This document shows, in pieces, positions 8,738 through 18,819 of a stretch of 59,611 bases of DNA (the first letter of the stretch is position 1; the number at the start of each line of letters is the position of its first letter). The DNA lies in assembly GCA_963820595.1 (NCBI GenBank), contig CAWGAO010000001.1:1-59611 (forward strand). Reading direction: 5' to 3'. The position numbers and the translations under genes were made by a program. The notes beneath the pieces are model-generated. The model was not told the DNA's origin, searched no databases, and worked only from the letters and a program-made list of their open reading frames with translations. The stretch is from Candidatus Tagabacteria bacterium (GTDB lineage Bacteria > Patescibacteriota > Minisyncoccia > GCA-002779875).

Positions 8738-10435
8738 ATGGTGAAATTTGAAGAGGAAAAGCAAAAAAAACAACTCGAAGAACTTCGCGAACGCGAAGAG
8801 GAAGATTTAGCGGGACTCTTGGCTCAACGTTATAATCTACCCTATCTCAACCTCTCAAAAATGACCATTGACCTTGATTATTTAAAACTTATTCCGGAAG
8901 AAACCAGTCGGCTAGCTAAAATCGCTGTTTTCCAGGGAATCGGTAAAAAACTTCAAGCAGCCGTAACTAACCCAAAATTAAACGAAACCGAAAAAGTTAT
9001 CCAAGACTTGGAAAACAAAGGTTATCAAGCCAAGCTTTTTTTGGTTTCAACTATCAGCCTTGAACATACTTGGAAAAAATATAAGGAAATTCCGGCTTTT
9101 GTGGAAATGTCGAAAGGTATCATCGACATTTCGCCGGAAAAAATGGAAAAATTTGCGGAAGAGGTCCAGACCCCACAAGACCTGGAGAAAACTTTCTCTT
9201 TCATGGCTTCAACAAAAGAAAACCGAAGAGTTTCGGAAATTCTAGAACTTATTTTGGCGGCGGCAATATCAATGGACGCTTCCGATGTCCATATCGAACC
9301 TCAAGAAAAACGAGTTCGCCTAAGGTTTCGTCTCGACGGCGTTCTTCGAGACATTCTTTATTTTCCTCACCAGCATTTCCAGCTTATTCTTTCCCGCATA
9401 AAACTTGTCTCCGAGATGAAACTTAATATTCATGACAAACCGCAAGACGGACGTTTTAGTATTCACTTAAAAGGGATTGAAATCGAAATCAGAACATCCG
9501 CTCTTCCGGGTCCTTACGGCGAATCTTTGGTATTGAGAATTCTCAATCCAAAAACCATCTCTGTAGCCTTCGAGGATTTGGGTATGCTGCCGATGCTTTC
9601 CAAATTGCTTCTTAAAGAAATAGAAAAACCAAACGGGATGATTTTAAACACTGGCCCCACCGGCTCGGGAAAAACCACTACCTTGTACGCTTTTTTGAAA
9701 AAAGTTTATACGCCAGCCGTAAAAATCATCACTCTCGAAGAACCAATCGAATATCATATAGAAGGAATCACTCAAACCCAAACAAATCCGAAAGCAGGCT
9801 ATGATTTTGCAAGTGGATTGCGTTCTATTTTACGCCAAGACCCCGACGTTATTATGGTTGGCGAGATTAGAGATCTGGACACCGCAAAAACGGCGATAAA
9901 CGCGGCCTTAACAGGCCACCTTGTATTTTCAACTTTGCACACAAATGACGCCGCCGGCACAATACCGCGTTTAATAGATTTGGGTGTTGAAGTGAATATT
10001 TTGGCTCCGGCTATCAACGTTTCGATGGCTCAGCGGCTCGTTAGAAAATTATGTAAAGACTGTAAAAAACAAGACAAACCAACCGATGAAGAACTTAAAA
10101 TTATAAAAACTATAGCGGAATCCCTGCCCAACACCGTTGAAAAACCGCCTTTAACCGATATCTCCATCTGGCGGCCGGTGGGATGCTTAAAATGCCATAA
10201 CACCGGCTACAAAGGACGAATAGGCATTTTTGAAGCTATTTTCGTGGGCGACGAAATGGAGCGTTTAATTCTAAAAATGCCTTCGGAAGTAGAAATAAAA
10301 AAAGCTGCAACTCAGCAGGGAATCCCGAATATGCAGCAGGATGGCATCTTGAAGATCCTCGACGGGACAACTTCGATCGAAGAATTAAGTCGCATAATAG
10401 AACTAGAATCCACTGTTCCTGCTATGAAAAAATGA
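8738..10435 (+). CDS. pilB: type IV pilus/type II secretion assembly ATPase (PilB/GspE)
   Basis: ASDVHIEP, PQDGRF, GPTGSGKTTT, TLEEPIEY, LRQDPDVIMVGEIRD, TLHTND, CxxC pairs. Confidence 0.9.
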   Translation: MVKFEEEKQKKQLEELREREEEDLAGLLAQRYNLPYLNLSKMTIDLDYLKLIPEETSRLAKIAVFQGIGKKLQAAVTNPKLNETEKVIQDLENKGYQAKLFLVSTISLEHTWKKYKEIPAFVEMSKGIIDISPEKMEKFAEEVQTPQDLEKTFSFMASTKENRRVSEILELILAAAISMDASDVHIEPQEKRVRLRFRLDGVLRDILYFPHQHFQLILSRIKLVSEMKLNIHDKPQDGRFSIHLKGIEIEIRTSALPGPYGESLVLRILNPKTISVAFEDLGMLPMLSKLLLKEIEKPNGMILNTGPTGSGKTTTLYAFLKKVYTPAVKIITLEEPIEYHIEGITQTQTNPKAGYDFASGLRSILRQDPDVIMVGEIRDLDTAKTAINAALTGHLVFSTLHTNDAAGTIPRLIDLGVEVNILAPAINVSMAQRLVRKLCKDCKKQDKPTDEELKIIKTIAESLPNTVEKPPLTDISIWRPVGCLKCHNTGYKGRIGIFEAIFVGDEMERLILKMPSEVEIKKAATQQGIPNMQQDGILKILDGTTSIEELSRIIELESTVPAMKK

Positions 10436-10546
10436 ACCCCGTTAGAAGTCGTAACGTCAAAAATTTTAAGCTTGGGATTAAAATACAAGAAAGTTACTAA
10501 ATAACAAAACATATGGCAAAATTTATACCGAAACTTCTAACGGGGT
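10436..10546. repeat. ACCCCGTTAGAA...TTCTAACGGGGT element
   Basis: Perfect 14-bp inverted repeat starting directly after the pilB stop codon. Confidence 0.85.
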
Positions 10547-10547
10547 G

Positions 10548-10720
10548 AATCTTTTCAAAAGTCTCTAGGCAATTGCTTTAAACGTGGGCGCCTAAAGCTT
10601 AGAATTCCCTCGAGGATAGCTTCCGCAAATCCTACACGAGGCAGGTAACCGAAACGTCCTCTAAAAGAAATCCCGGTAAAGTACATAAAACTTCATTGCC
10701 TAGAGGCTTTTGAAAAGATT
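10548..10720 (+). ncRNA. candidate structured RNA or MITE-like element (173 nt, long closing stem)
   Basis: 26-bp terminal inverted repeat (25/26, one U-G), further pairing TGCTTTA/TAAAGTA and an internal CCTCG-AGGAT/ATCCT-CGAGG hairpin; no ORF. Confidence 0.4.
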
Positions 10721-10777
10721 TAAATGATTTCAATTCTTACACATTGTATCAAATAATTATAACTTTGTCAATACCCA

Positions 10778-11791
10778 ATGCCTCAAGACAAAACAATCAA
10801 TTTTAATGACCAATCTCTTGATTTGAAGCTGCGGCCGAACATTTGGGATGAATATGTTGGCCAAGGATCTATTAAGAAGAATCTGCAGATTCTTCTTAAA
10901 GCCGCCAGCGAAAGAAACGAGCCGATTGAGCACCTCTTGCTTCACGGTCCAGCCGGCCTCGGCAAAACAACTCTTGCCCATCTAATTGCGAAAGAAGCTC
11001 AGGCGCCGATAAAAGTAACTTCTGGTCCCACTATTGAACGCGTTGGCGATCTCGCTTCGATTCTTACCAACCTCCAACCGGGCGAGATTCTTTTTATTGA
11101 CGAAGTTCATCGCTTGAATAAATTAATCGAAGAAGTGCTTTATTCAGCGATGGAGGAAAGATCCCTAAATATTATAATCGGGAAAGGCCCTTCGGCAAGG
11201 ACTATCCAATTGGAACTTGCCCCATTCACTCTTGTCGCCGCTACAACGCGCATTTCCTTACTTTCTTCGCCTTTGCGTTCCCGTTTCGCGGGAGGAACTT
11301 ATCGTCTCAATTTTTACACTCCCGAGGAGATAAAAATCATCCTGACGCGTTCGGCCAAAATTTTAAATATCAACATCGACCCCGAAGCCAAAGCTGAAAT
11401 TGCCCAAAGAAGCAGGGCAACGCCCCGAATTGCCAACCACCTCCTGAAACGCTGCCGCGATTATGCTCAAGTTAATAAGCGGAATATTCTGGACATGGAT
11501 ACGGCCAAAGAAACTTTCGATCTTCTGGAGATTGACGAAGCAGGGCTCGAACCAGCCGACCGCCGGATTTTGGAAACTTTAATCACGAAATTTAGCGGCG
11601 GGCCGGTGGGATTGCAAACCATTTCCGCGGCCACTTCAGAAGAAGAAGGAACAATAGAAGAAGTTTACGAACCATATTTGATTCAACTCGGATTCCTGGA
11701 GCGTACACCTCGCGGCCGAATCGCCACTCCGAGAGCCTACGAACACCTCCACTTAAAAATGCCTCAACAGCAACAAGATAAATTATTGTAA
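10778..11791 (+). CDS. ruvB: Holliday junction branch migration helicase RuvB
   Basis: LRP..WDEYVGQ, GPAGLGKTTLA, FIDEVHRL, RSRATPRIAN, YEPYLIQ, RTPRGR. Confidence 0.98.
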   Translation: MPQDKTINFNDQSLDLKLRPNIWDEYVGQGSIKKNLQILLKAASERNEPIEHLLLHGPAGLGKTTLAHLIAKEAQAPIKVTSGPTIERVGDLASILTNLQPGEILFIDEVHRLNKLIEEVLYSAMEERSLNIIIGKGPSARTIQLELAPFTLVAATTRISLLSSPLRSRFAGGTYRLNFYTPEEIKIILTRSAKILNINIDPEAKAEIAQRSRATPRIANHLLKRCRDYAQVNKRNILDMDTAKETFDLLEIDEAGLEPADRRILETLITKFSGGPVGLQTISAATSEEEGTIEEVYEPYLIQLGFLERTPRGRIATPRAYEHLHLKMPQQQQDKLL

Positions 11792-11794
11792 TTT

Positions 11795-12356
11795 ATGTCC
11801 GGTCATTCTAAATGGGCGCAAATTAAACACCAAAAAGGAACGGTTGACGCCAAAAGAAGTAAAACTTTTGGGAAGTTAAGTCATCTTATCGCTCTTGCCG
11901 CCAGAAAAGGCGGCGATCCGTCTGCAAATGCGGCTTTAAGAGACGCAATCGCAAAAGCCAAAGCCGAAAACATGCCTTCCGACAATATCCAAAAGGCGAT
12001 AAAAAAGGGGGACCGGCGAATTAAAAGGCGAGGGATTAGAAGAAGTTCTTTATGAAGTTTTCGGGCCGGGCGGATGCGCTATTTTAATCGAAGGAATTAC
12101 CGATAATAAAAACCGGACTCTTGGCGAAGTCAGGCACATTTTAGCAAAACACGGCCTGCAACTGGCCGGAGCCGGCTCGGCATTGTGGGCGTTTGAAAAA
12201 ATCACTCAGGACCCCGCCAAAGGCGGGGCAAGCTGGCAGCCCAAACACTCACTAGAAATTTCAAAGCAAGATCAGGAAAAATTAAAGACATTATTCGAAG
12301 AAATAGACGATCTGGAAGACATTCAGGATATAACCACTAACTGCGTTTTCGAGTAA
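11795..12356 (+). CDS. yebC: YebC/PmpR family protein, short CPR form; +1 frameshift in a G-run near 12010
   Basis: [12 protein letters not shown]; continues in another frame as [12 protein letters not shown]...ITDNKNRT to TAA 12354-12356. Confidence 0.9.
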
Positions 12357-12379
12357 TATTTCAATATTATTAAAACATC

Positions 12380-12901
12380 ATGATCATTCTGGGCATCGAT
12401 CCGGGATTCGGCCGTTTAGGTTATGCGGTCTTAGAAACCGGTAAAAACAACAAAAAAGACGCCGAAGTTGTCGAATGTTCCTGCCTTGAGACTGACCCTA
12501 AATCGGATTATCGCAAAAGGCTGGTTCTCGTAGCGGATAAAGTAAAAGACTTAATCGCCAAATACAGGCCCGAAGTCATTTCTCTTGAAAAAGTTTTCTT
12601 TACTCAAAACCAAAAAACGGCTTTCCAAATCGCCGAGGTGCGGGGCATTTTACTGTACCTGGCCACATCGGCCGGCATTCCTTGCTATGAATACACCCCG
12701 CTCGAAGTAAAAATGGCTCTGTGCGGCTATGGAAAAGCTACCAAAGAACAGGTTCAAAAAATGCTTAAAATCCTCTTCAAGCTACAAACTCTGCCAAAAC
12801 TGGATGACGCAACGGACGCCATGGCAATCGGCCTGACTTGCGCGGTTTGCCAACCGAACCAGCAAAAAACCCTTTCGGGACAGAAAACAGGAAAAAGATA
12901 A
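12380..12901 (+). CDS. ruvC: crossover junction endodeoxyribonuclease RuvC
   Basis: ILGIDPG, EKVFF, EYTPLEVK, GYGKATKEQV, DDATDAMA. Confidence 0.97.
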   Translation: MIILGIDPGFGRLGYAVLETGKNNKKDAEVVECSCLETDPKSDYRKRLVLVADKVKDLIAKYRPEVISLEKVFFTQNQKTAFQIAEVRGILLYLATSAGIPCYEYTPLEVKMALCGYGKATKEQVQKMLKILFKLQTLPKLDDATDAMAIGLTCAVCQPNQQKTLSGQKTGKR

Positions 12902-12905
12902 TTAG

Positions 12906-13025
12906 TTATCCAGAAGTTATCCACAAACCCACCCTTACCTTTTCGTCCCGTTAGAAAACTCACATACTTAAATCGGCTGTTTTTCATGCTTTATAAGTTA
13001 TCCACATAATATTTTCTAATGGGGT
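12906..13025. promoter_or_regulatory. DnaA-box cluster with a degenerate CCCGTTAGAAAA element
   Basis: TTATCCACA at 12917 and 12998, TTATCCAGA at 12906; arms CCCGTTAGAAAA (12947) and TTTTCTAATGGGGT (13012-13025). Confidence 0.6.
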
Positions 13026-13126
13026 TTACATAAAATTATATTTTTGATAAAAAAAGATAATCCTAACCTTGGACTAAAAAACCAAGAAAAAATAAAAGGT
13101 CGTCATATTAAAAAATTTAATCTTTC

Positions 13127-13339
13127 ATGAACGAGATATTCAAAAAAGGTCCCCTCTTGAATCAGGATTTTGATGATAATGGAGGTCTCGGAAACGACGA
13201 CAAAGAAGAAGTAGAAATAGAAGTGGAAGGAGTGGAGATAGAAGAGCCGGGAAAAGAAGAAGATGATGAAAAAGAAGAAGATGATGAACTTTATTCCGCC
13301 GAAGACAATTTATATTCTTCTTCTGAAGAAGAATTTTAA
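13127..13339 (+). CDS. small highly acidic protein (70 aa)
   Basis: About 29 of 70 residues are D/E; followed by a terminator. Confidence 0.65.
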   Translation: MNEIFKKGPLLNQDFDDNGGLGNDDKEEVEIEVEGVEIEEPGKEEDDEKEEDDELYSAEDNLYSSSEEEF

Positions 13340-13346
13340 GAAAATA

Positions 13347-13381
13347 AAAAAACACACCCGCGACTGCGGGTGTGTTTTTTT
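13347..13381. terminator. bidirectional intrinsic terminator
   Basis: AAAAAAACACACCCGC-GACT-GCGGGTGTGTTTTTTT. Confidence 0.8.
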
Positions 13382-14567
13382 ATTTCGTAAGTATCTTTAA
13401 AAATCTTTTTTTGCCGACTCTGACGACGCCGGAATCTTTCACCGAGAAATTAATGTCACTTATCGGAACGCCATCCGCTTCAATCGCTTTTTCTTTTACT
13501 AGTCTTCTGAATTCGCTTTTTGAAAAAACTACGCCGGCTTCAACAAGAACATCCGCTAATCTTTCACCTTTTTTTATTTTTACTTCAGGCACGTCTTCTG
13601 GAATTTCTTTTTCCTGAAAAGTTTTTCTAAATTGTTCTCTTGCTTTCTCGGCCGCGGCTTTTCCGTGATACAAATTCGCTATCTCGAACGCCAAATCGCT
13701 TTTAGCTTTAAATGGGTCGGGGTTTTTCCCTTCTAACCCTTTTCTAATTTCTATGATTCTTTTGTCCGAAACATTCGTACATCGTAAAAAGTATTCGGAG
13801 ATTAATTCGTCCTTCATCGACATCACCTTCCCGTACATTTCATTAGGGTCATCGGTGATATTGATGATATTGCCTGCGGTCGTAGACATTTTCTGGCCGT
13901 CGAGACCGGGCAACATTTCCAACATAAAAATATCCTGAGGTTCCTGTCCGTAAAACTGCTGGATCTCTCTGCCGGCTTTCAGATTAAACAGCTGATCCGT
14001 ACCCCCCATCTCGACATCCGCTTTAATGGCAACCGAATCGTAGCCTTGAAGAAGAGGATATAAAAGTTCGTGCAAACCAAGCTTCTGACCTCTTTCGAAT
14101 CTTTCTTTAAAGTTCCTGCGATTAATCATTTGATGAATAGTAAAAAGAGACGACAAATAAATAGCGTCTTTTAAGGTCAATTTGGATAACCACTCTCTGT
14201 TGTAACGAAATTCCACTTTCTTTATATCTAAAACCTTACCGATTTGCTCGGGATATGTAGCCATATTTTCCTTAAGCTGCTCCGCTGTCAGCATCGGCCT
14301 TGCCGCTCTTTTATCGGAGGCGTCGCCGACTAAACCCGTGAAGTCTCCAATAATCAAAACTATCTGGTGTCCCAAATCCTGGAATTCTCTCAGTTTCCAC
14401 AACGCAACGGCGCGCCCCAAATGAATTCTGGGACCGGTTGGATCAATGCCTAACTTAACCCGCAATTTTTTTCCGGATTTCAAAGCTTTGCGTAAATGGT
14501 CTTTGTCGATGATTTCGACAACATTTCTAGTTAAAAGGCGCTCAATTTGCTCTTCTTTTTTCTGCAT
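13380..14567 (-). CDS. tyrS: tyrosine--tRNA ligase
   Basis: LGIDPTG..IHLG, PLLQGYDS, GGTDQLFN, KMSTT, C-terminal S4 domain. Confidence 0.96.
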   Translation of the reverse strand: MQKKEEQIERLLTRNVVEIIDKDHLRKALKSGKKLRVKLGIDPTGPRIHLGRAVALWKLREFQDLGHQIVLIIGDFTGLVGDASDKRAARPMLTAEQLKENMATYPEQIGKVLDIKKVEFRYNREWLSKLTLKDAIYLSSLFTIHQMINRRNFKERFERGQKLGLHELLYPLLQGYDSVAIKADVEMGGTDQLFNLKAGREIQQFYGQEPQDIFMLEMLPGLDGQKMSTTAGNIINITDDPNEMYGKVMSMKDELISEYFLRCTNVSDKRIIEIRKGLEGKNPDPFKAKSDLAFEIANLYHGKAAAEKAREQFRKTFQEKEIPEDVPEVKIKKGERLADVLVEAGVVFSKSEFRRLVKEKAIEADGVPISDINFSVKDSGVVRVGKKRFLKILTK

Positions 14568-14654
14568 AAATATACCTTATCATAAATGAAATGAAATGGA
14601 AAATTAAGCACCGACATCATTGCCAGAACGCCATTATTAGAGTAAATTCAAGTT

Positions 14655-17219
14655 ATGGTTTTGTATCGACAGAGAAATTTATGGAGGGTTCTAAAACCCG
14701 TTATTTTGATAACGGCGGGAGTTTTTTTTATTTCGGGCTCTATTTTAGTTGTTTGGGCTTCTACTCTTTCCATCCCTGATTTCCAATCTTTTGAAAGCCG
14801 AAAGGTTGCCCAATCAACAAAAATTTACGACAGCAGCGGAAAAATTCTTCTTTACGATATTCATCAGAACACCCGGCGGACCGTCGTGCCGTTTGAAAAC
14901 ATATCGCGAAATATCAAAAACGCCACCGTCGCTATCGAAGATTCTGATTTTTACCACAACTACGGCATAAGCCTGACAGGAATTATCCGTTCTATTTTGG
15001 TAAATTTAGGCTCGGGTCAACTGCGTCAAGGCGGCTCAACTATCACCCAACAACTTATTAAACAAACACTTCTGACGTCAGAGAAAAGTTTTACTCGCAA
15101 ATTTAAAGAAATTATCCTGGCGCTCAAGCTGGAAAGAATTTACTCAAAAGAAGAAATTTTGAATCTTTATTTAAACGAAATTCCTTACGGAGGCAGTAAT
15201 TACGGAGTGGAGGCCGCTTCCCAGTCTTTTTTCGGCAAAAGCGCAAAAGACCTTTCGCTGGCGGAAGCGGCTTATCTGGCCGCTTTACCGAAGGCACCGA
15301 GCTATTATTCTCCGTACGGCAGCCACCGCAAAGAGTTGGACCAAAGAAAAGACTTAGTCTTACAGCGCATGTTTGATTTAGGTTTCATCTCAAAAGATGA
15401 AATTGAGCAGGCCAAAAAAGAAAACGTGATTTTTGCCGACAGTGCCGAACAAAATATCAAAGCGCCTCATTTTGTTATGTTTATCAAAAGTTACTTAGAA
15501 GAAAAATATGGCAAAGATATGGTTGAAGAAGGAGGACTTAAAGTGACTACAACTCTGGACTGGGATTTACAGCAAAAAGCGGAAGAGATAGTGAAACAAT
15601 ACGCCGCCGATAACGTTAAAAAGTACAACGCGTACAACGCGGGTCTTATTGCCGTCGACCCTAAAACGGGAAAAATCATGGTTATGGTCGGCTCAAAAGA
15701 TTACTTTTCAAAACCCGAACCTGACGGCTGTGCTCCCGGCAAAAACTGCCTTTTTGAGGGCAACTTCAACGTGACTACGGCTTCGCGCCAGCCCGGCTCT
15801 TCTTTTAAGCCTTTCGTTTATGCGACTGCCTTTAAAAAAGGCTTCACTCCCGACACAATATTATTTGATTTGCAAACGGAGTTTAATTCTTCTTGTAACC
15901 CCGACGGAACGCCAAAAGAAGGAACCAAACAGGAAGAATGTTATCGGCCGGAAAACTACGATAATATTTTTCGCGGGCCGGTCATTTTAAGAAATGCTCT
16001 TGCTCAATCAATCAACATACCATCAGTAAAAGTGCTTTATCTTGCCGGTGTTAATAATTCCATCCAAACAGCCCAAAGTATGGGCATCACCACTCTCAGC
16101 GACCCTTCAAGATACGGGCTTACTTTAGTTCTCGGAGGAGGAGAAACAAATTTATTGGAAATGACCGGAGCGTATTCCGTTTTCGCAAACGACGGAATCA
16201 GAAATCCCGTCACCGGAATTCTCAAAGTTGAAGACAGCCATGGGGAAGTTTTAGAAGAATTTACGCCTCAATCAAAAGAAGTTTTGGATTCCAATGTTTC
16301 CCGCCAAATAACCGACATACTCTCGGATAATGAAGCAAGGACTCCTGCCTTTGGCGCTCAATCTTTCTTATACTTTCCGGGAAGAGATGTGGCGGTTAAA
16401 ACGGGAACTACAAACGATTATCGCGATGCTTGGGTAATCGGCTACACTCCTAATTTTTCTCTTGGAGTATGGGTTGGAAATAATGACAACACGCCGATGG
16501 AAAAAAAAGTAGCCGGCTTCATTGCCGCTCCTATGTGGAACACGTTCTTCCAGAAAGTTTTACAAAAATTGCCAGAGGAAAAGTTTATAAAACCGGCTCC
16601 GATTCCCAGTGATATAAAGCCGGTCTTAAGAGGAGAATGGAAAGGAGGAAATACTTATTTAATCGACAGTATCTCTAAAAAGAGAGCGACCGAGTTTACT
16701 CCTAAGGAATTAATAGAAGAAAAAGTTCTCACTCAAGTCCACTCAATTTTATACTGGGTTAAAAAAGACAGCCCTCTCGGCCCCTCTCCCGAAGATCCTA
16801 ATCTCGACCCTCAATTTTCACTCTGGGAAAAACCAATTAGAGACTGGGTAAAAGCGCAGGGTGCTAAAGAAGAAACCTTAACAGATATTTCCCAAACATT
16901 TGACGATGTTCACCTGCCGGCTTATGAGCCGAAAGTACAAATTATTTCTCCTCGAGCTGGTCAAATTAATGATTTGAAAAAGGTTATGAACGTTAAAATA
17001 ACGTCTCAAAGTCATTTCCCTTTAAACGAAGCAGATTTCTTTCTAGACGACACTTACCTTGGTTCTTCAAACCAATCTCCCTTTGAATTTTCTTTCGTTC
17101 CCGGAAAATATCTTAATGAATCGCAACTTCAAGAAAACCTCCGCGTTGTTGTTTATGACGAAGTTAAAAATAGAGGCGAAACTAATCTTTTTCTTTATTT
17201 TCGTCCGACTAACCAGTAG
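14655..17219 (+). CDS. bifunctional transglycosylase/transpeptidase (class A PBP) with C-terminal Ig-like domain
   Basis: AIEDSDFY, GGSTITQQL, YLNEIPYG, RQPGSSFKP, AQSINIP, KTGTT. Confidence 0.95.
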   Translation: MVLYRQRNLWRVLKPVILITAGVFFISGSILVVWASTLSIPDFQSFESRKVAQSTKIYDSSGKILLYDIHQNTRRTVVPFENISRNIKNATVAIEDSDFYHNYGISLTGIIRSILVNLGSGQLRQGGSTITQQLIKQTLLTSEKSFTRKFKEIILALKLERIYSKEEILNLYLNEIPYGGSNYGVEAASQSFFGKSAKDLSLAEAAYLAALPKAPSYYSPYGSHRKELDQRKDLVLQRMFDLGFISKDEIEQAKKENVIFADSAEQNIKAPHFVMFIKSYLEEKYGKDMVEEGGLKVTTTLDWDLQQKAEEIVKQYAADNVKKYNAYNAGLIAVDPKTGKIMVMVGSKDYFSKPEPDGCAPGKNCLFEGNFNVTTASRQPGSSFKPFVYATAFKKGFTPDTILFDLQTEFNSSCNPDGTPKEGTKQEECYRPENYDNIFRGPVILRNALAQSINIPSVKVLYLAGVNNSIQTAQSMGITTLSDPSRYGLTLVLGGGETNLLEMTGAYSVFANDGIRNPVTGILKVEDSHGEVLEEFTPQSKEVLDSNVSRQITDILSDNEARTPAFGAQSFLYFPGRDVAVKTGTTNDYRDAWVIGYTPNFSLGVWVGNNDNTPMEKKVAGFIAAPMWNTFFQKVLQKLPEEKFIKPAPIPSDIKPVLRGEWKGGNTYLIDSISKKRATEFTPKELIEEKVLTQVHSILYWVKKDSPLGPSPEDPNLDPQFSLWEKPIRDWVKAQGAKEETLTDISQTFDDVHLPAYEPKVQIISPRAGQINDLKKVMNVKITSQSHFPLNEADFFLDDTYLGSSNQSPFEFSFVPGKYLNESQLQENLRVVVYDEVKNRGETNLFLYFRPTNQ

Positions 17220-17481
17220 TGAATCTGATTTCCTTTAGGTCTTGGTTGCCGAGTTTCGAATTAATTTTTTCTAAAATTTTTCTTTGATTGACATTAATTT
17301 CGTTTCTGACTACGAAGTTTATTTTTCTTAATAAAAGTATAGGTGGTTTAAAAAAGACATTATTTCGATGGACGGAAATATTAAATTCTTCTTTTAGTAT
17401 TAATTGCACAGCTTCTTCTACAGCTTCTTTTAATGATTTAAAAAGAAAGAATTTTTCCAAAAGAATCTTAATTTGTTTCAT
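17209..17481 (-). CDS. small conserved-position protein after dnaN (possibly DciA/DUF721-like)
   Basis: Abuts the dnaN stop; function inferred only from position and size. Confidence 0.5.
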   Translation of the reverse strand: MKQIKILLEKFFLFKSLKEAVEEAVQLILKEEFNISVHRNNVFFKPPILLLRKINFVVRNEINVNQRKILEKINSKLGNQDLKEIRFTTG

Positions 17482-18588
17482 TTAAATATCTTTCATCGGC
17501 ATCACTAAGTAATAAAACGAATTGTCTTTTGTGCCGGTAACGAGAAGGGGTCTACTTTCGCTATTAAATCTCAAAATAATTTTATCCGAAGGGACAAATC
17601 TTAAACCATCTGTCAGATAACGGTGATTAAAAGTAATTTTTAATTTTTCACCGCTTATTTCGGCGGGGACATTTGTCGTATTTTCGCCGATGTCTCCATG
17701 GGAAGCTTGAATTTTTATTAATTTTTTATCCGGGATAATCTCAATTTTTACTTCATTTAATTTACCCGAAAAAATACTGGCAGTCTTCAAACTGCTATTA
17801 AATAGTGTTTTATCAATTGTAATATTTGTTGAAAAAGTTTTAGGAATAATTTCTTCGTAATCAGGAAATATTCCTTCGGTAAGACGAGAGACTAGTTTAA
17901 TTCTTTCGGAAAAAAGAAACAGTTGATTTTTATTCGGCACTATTTTAATATCTCCGCTTTCATTTTCAAAAACGTGCATTATTTCGATTGCATTTCGGTA
18001 AGGTATTAATAAAGGCGGGAAATCAGAAAAATTATAAGGAATACTTTTTTTTGCTAAACGGAACGAATCAGTAGCGACAAAAGTAAGAGGTTCATTTTTA
18101 CGGGACATTAAAAAAATACTGGCAATTTCTGGCTTCATTTCTGTTAACGAAGATGCATAATAGACTGAATTAAGACCAAGAAGAAAATCGTTTATTGGCA
18201 GACTAAAGAAGGTTTCTTTTTCTTTTATTGAAGGTAAAAGAGGAAAGTCTTCAATAGGATATCCTTTAATAGTTGTGGAACTATTACTAGTAGAAAGAGT
18301 AAGGTTATTCTGAGAAGATTCCAAATCCATACTTTCATTAGAAGGAAAATTAGATAAGAAATTATAAAGTAATTTTGCAGGAATAGCATTTTCTCCTTCT
18401 TTTTCTATTTTTGCAGGAATTTTGACTTCAATGCCTATTTCGAGATTTGTAACAATAATTCTTAATTCTTTCTTTTTTGCCGAAATTAAAACACTGTTTA
18501 ATATCGGTAATGTTGCGTTTTTACCGGAAATTTTTTCGGATAGTGCAAGAGCGTCTTTTAAATAATGAATTAAACATTTTAATTTCAT
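17482..18588 (-). CDS. dnaN: DNA polymerase III beta sliding clamp
   Basis: TLPILNSVL, TNLEIGI, VATDSFRL, GIFPDYEEIIP, LVMPM. Confidence 0.97.
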   Translation of the reverse strand: MKLKCLIHYLKDALALSEKISGKNATLPILNSVLISAKKKELRIIVTNLEIGIEVKIPAKIEKEGENAIPAKLLYNFLSNFPSNESMDLESSQNNLTLSTSNSSTTIKGYPIEDFPLLPSIKEKETFFSLPINDFLLGLNSVYYASSLTEMKPEIASIFLMSRKNEPLTFVATDSFRLAKKSIPYNFSDFPPLLIPYRNAIEIMHVFENESGDIKIVPNKNQLFLFSERIKLVSRLTEGIFPDYEEIIPKTFSTNITIDKTLFNSSLKTASIFSGKLNEVKIEIIPDKKLIKIQASHGDIGENTTNVPAEISGEKLKITFNHRYLTDGLRFVPSDKIILRFNSESRPLLVTGTKDNSFYYLVMPMKDI

Positions 18589-18819
18589 ATTTCTATTATA
18601 AACTAGTTTAGTGGATATGTTGAAAAGTTTTTTTATCCCGATAATTCAAGATTTAAGAGGAATTATTTTTTAATAAGTTGTTAATAACTATTAGTAAAAA
18701 TTGTTGATAAAAAGTGGTTAAAATTTAGAGGAATATTTTCAAAATTTAAAAACTATATTTTTAAATTTTTTATTCAGTTGTTATTATTTCTTATGCACTG
18801 TCTTTACACTTTTTACAGT
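18589..18819. other. probable replication origin (dnaA-dnaN intergenic)
   Basis: 231-bp very AT-rich gap with degenerate DnaA boxes (for example TGTTGATAA 18702, TGTTAATAA 18679); this is a typical oriC position. Confidence 0.55.
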
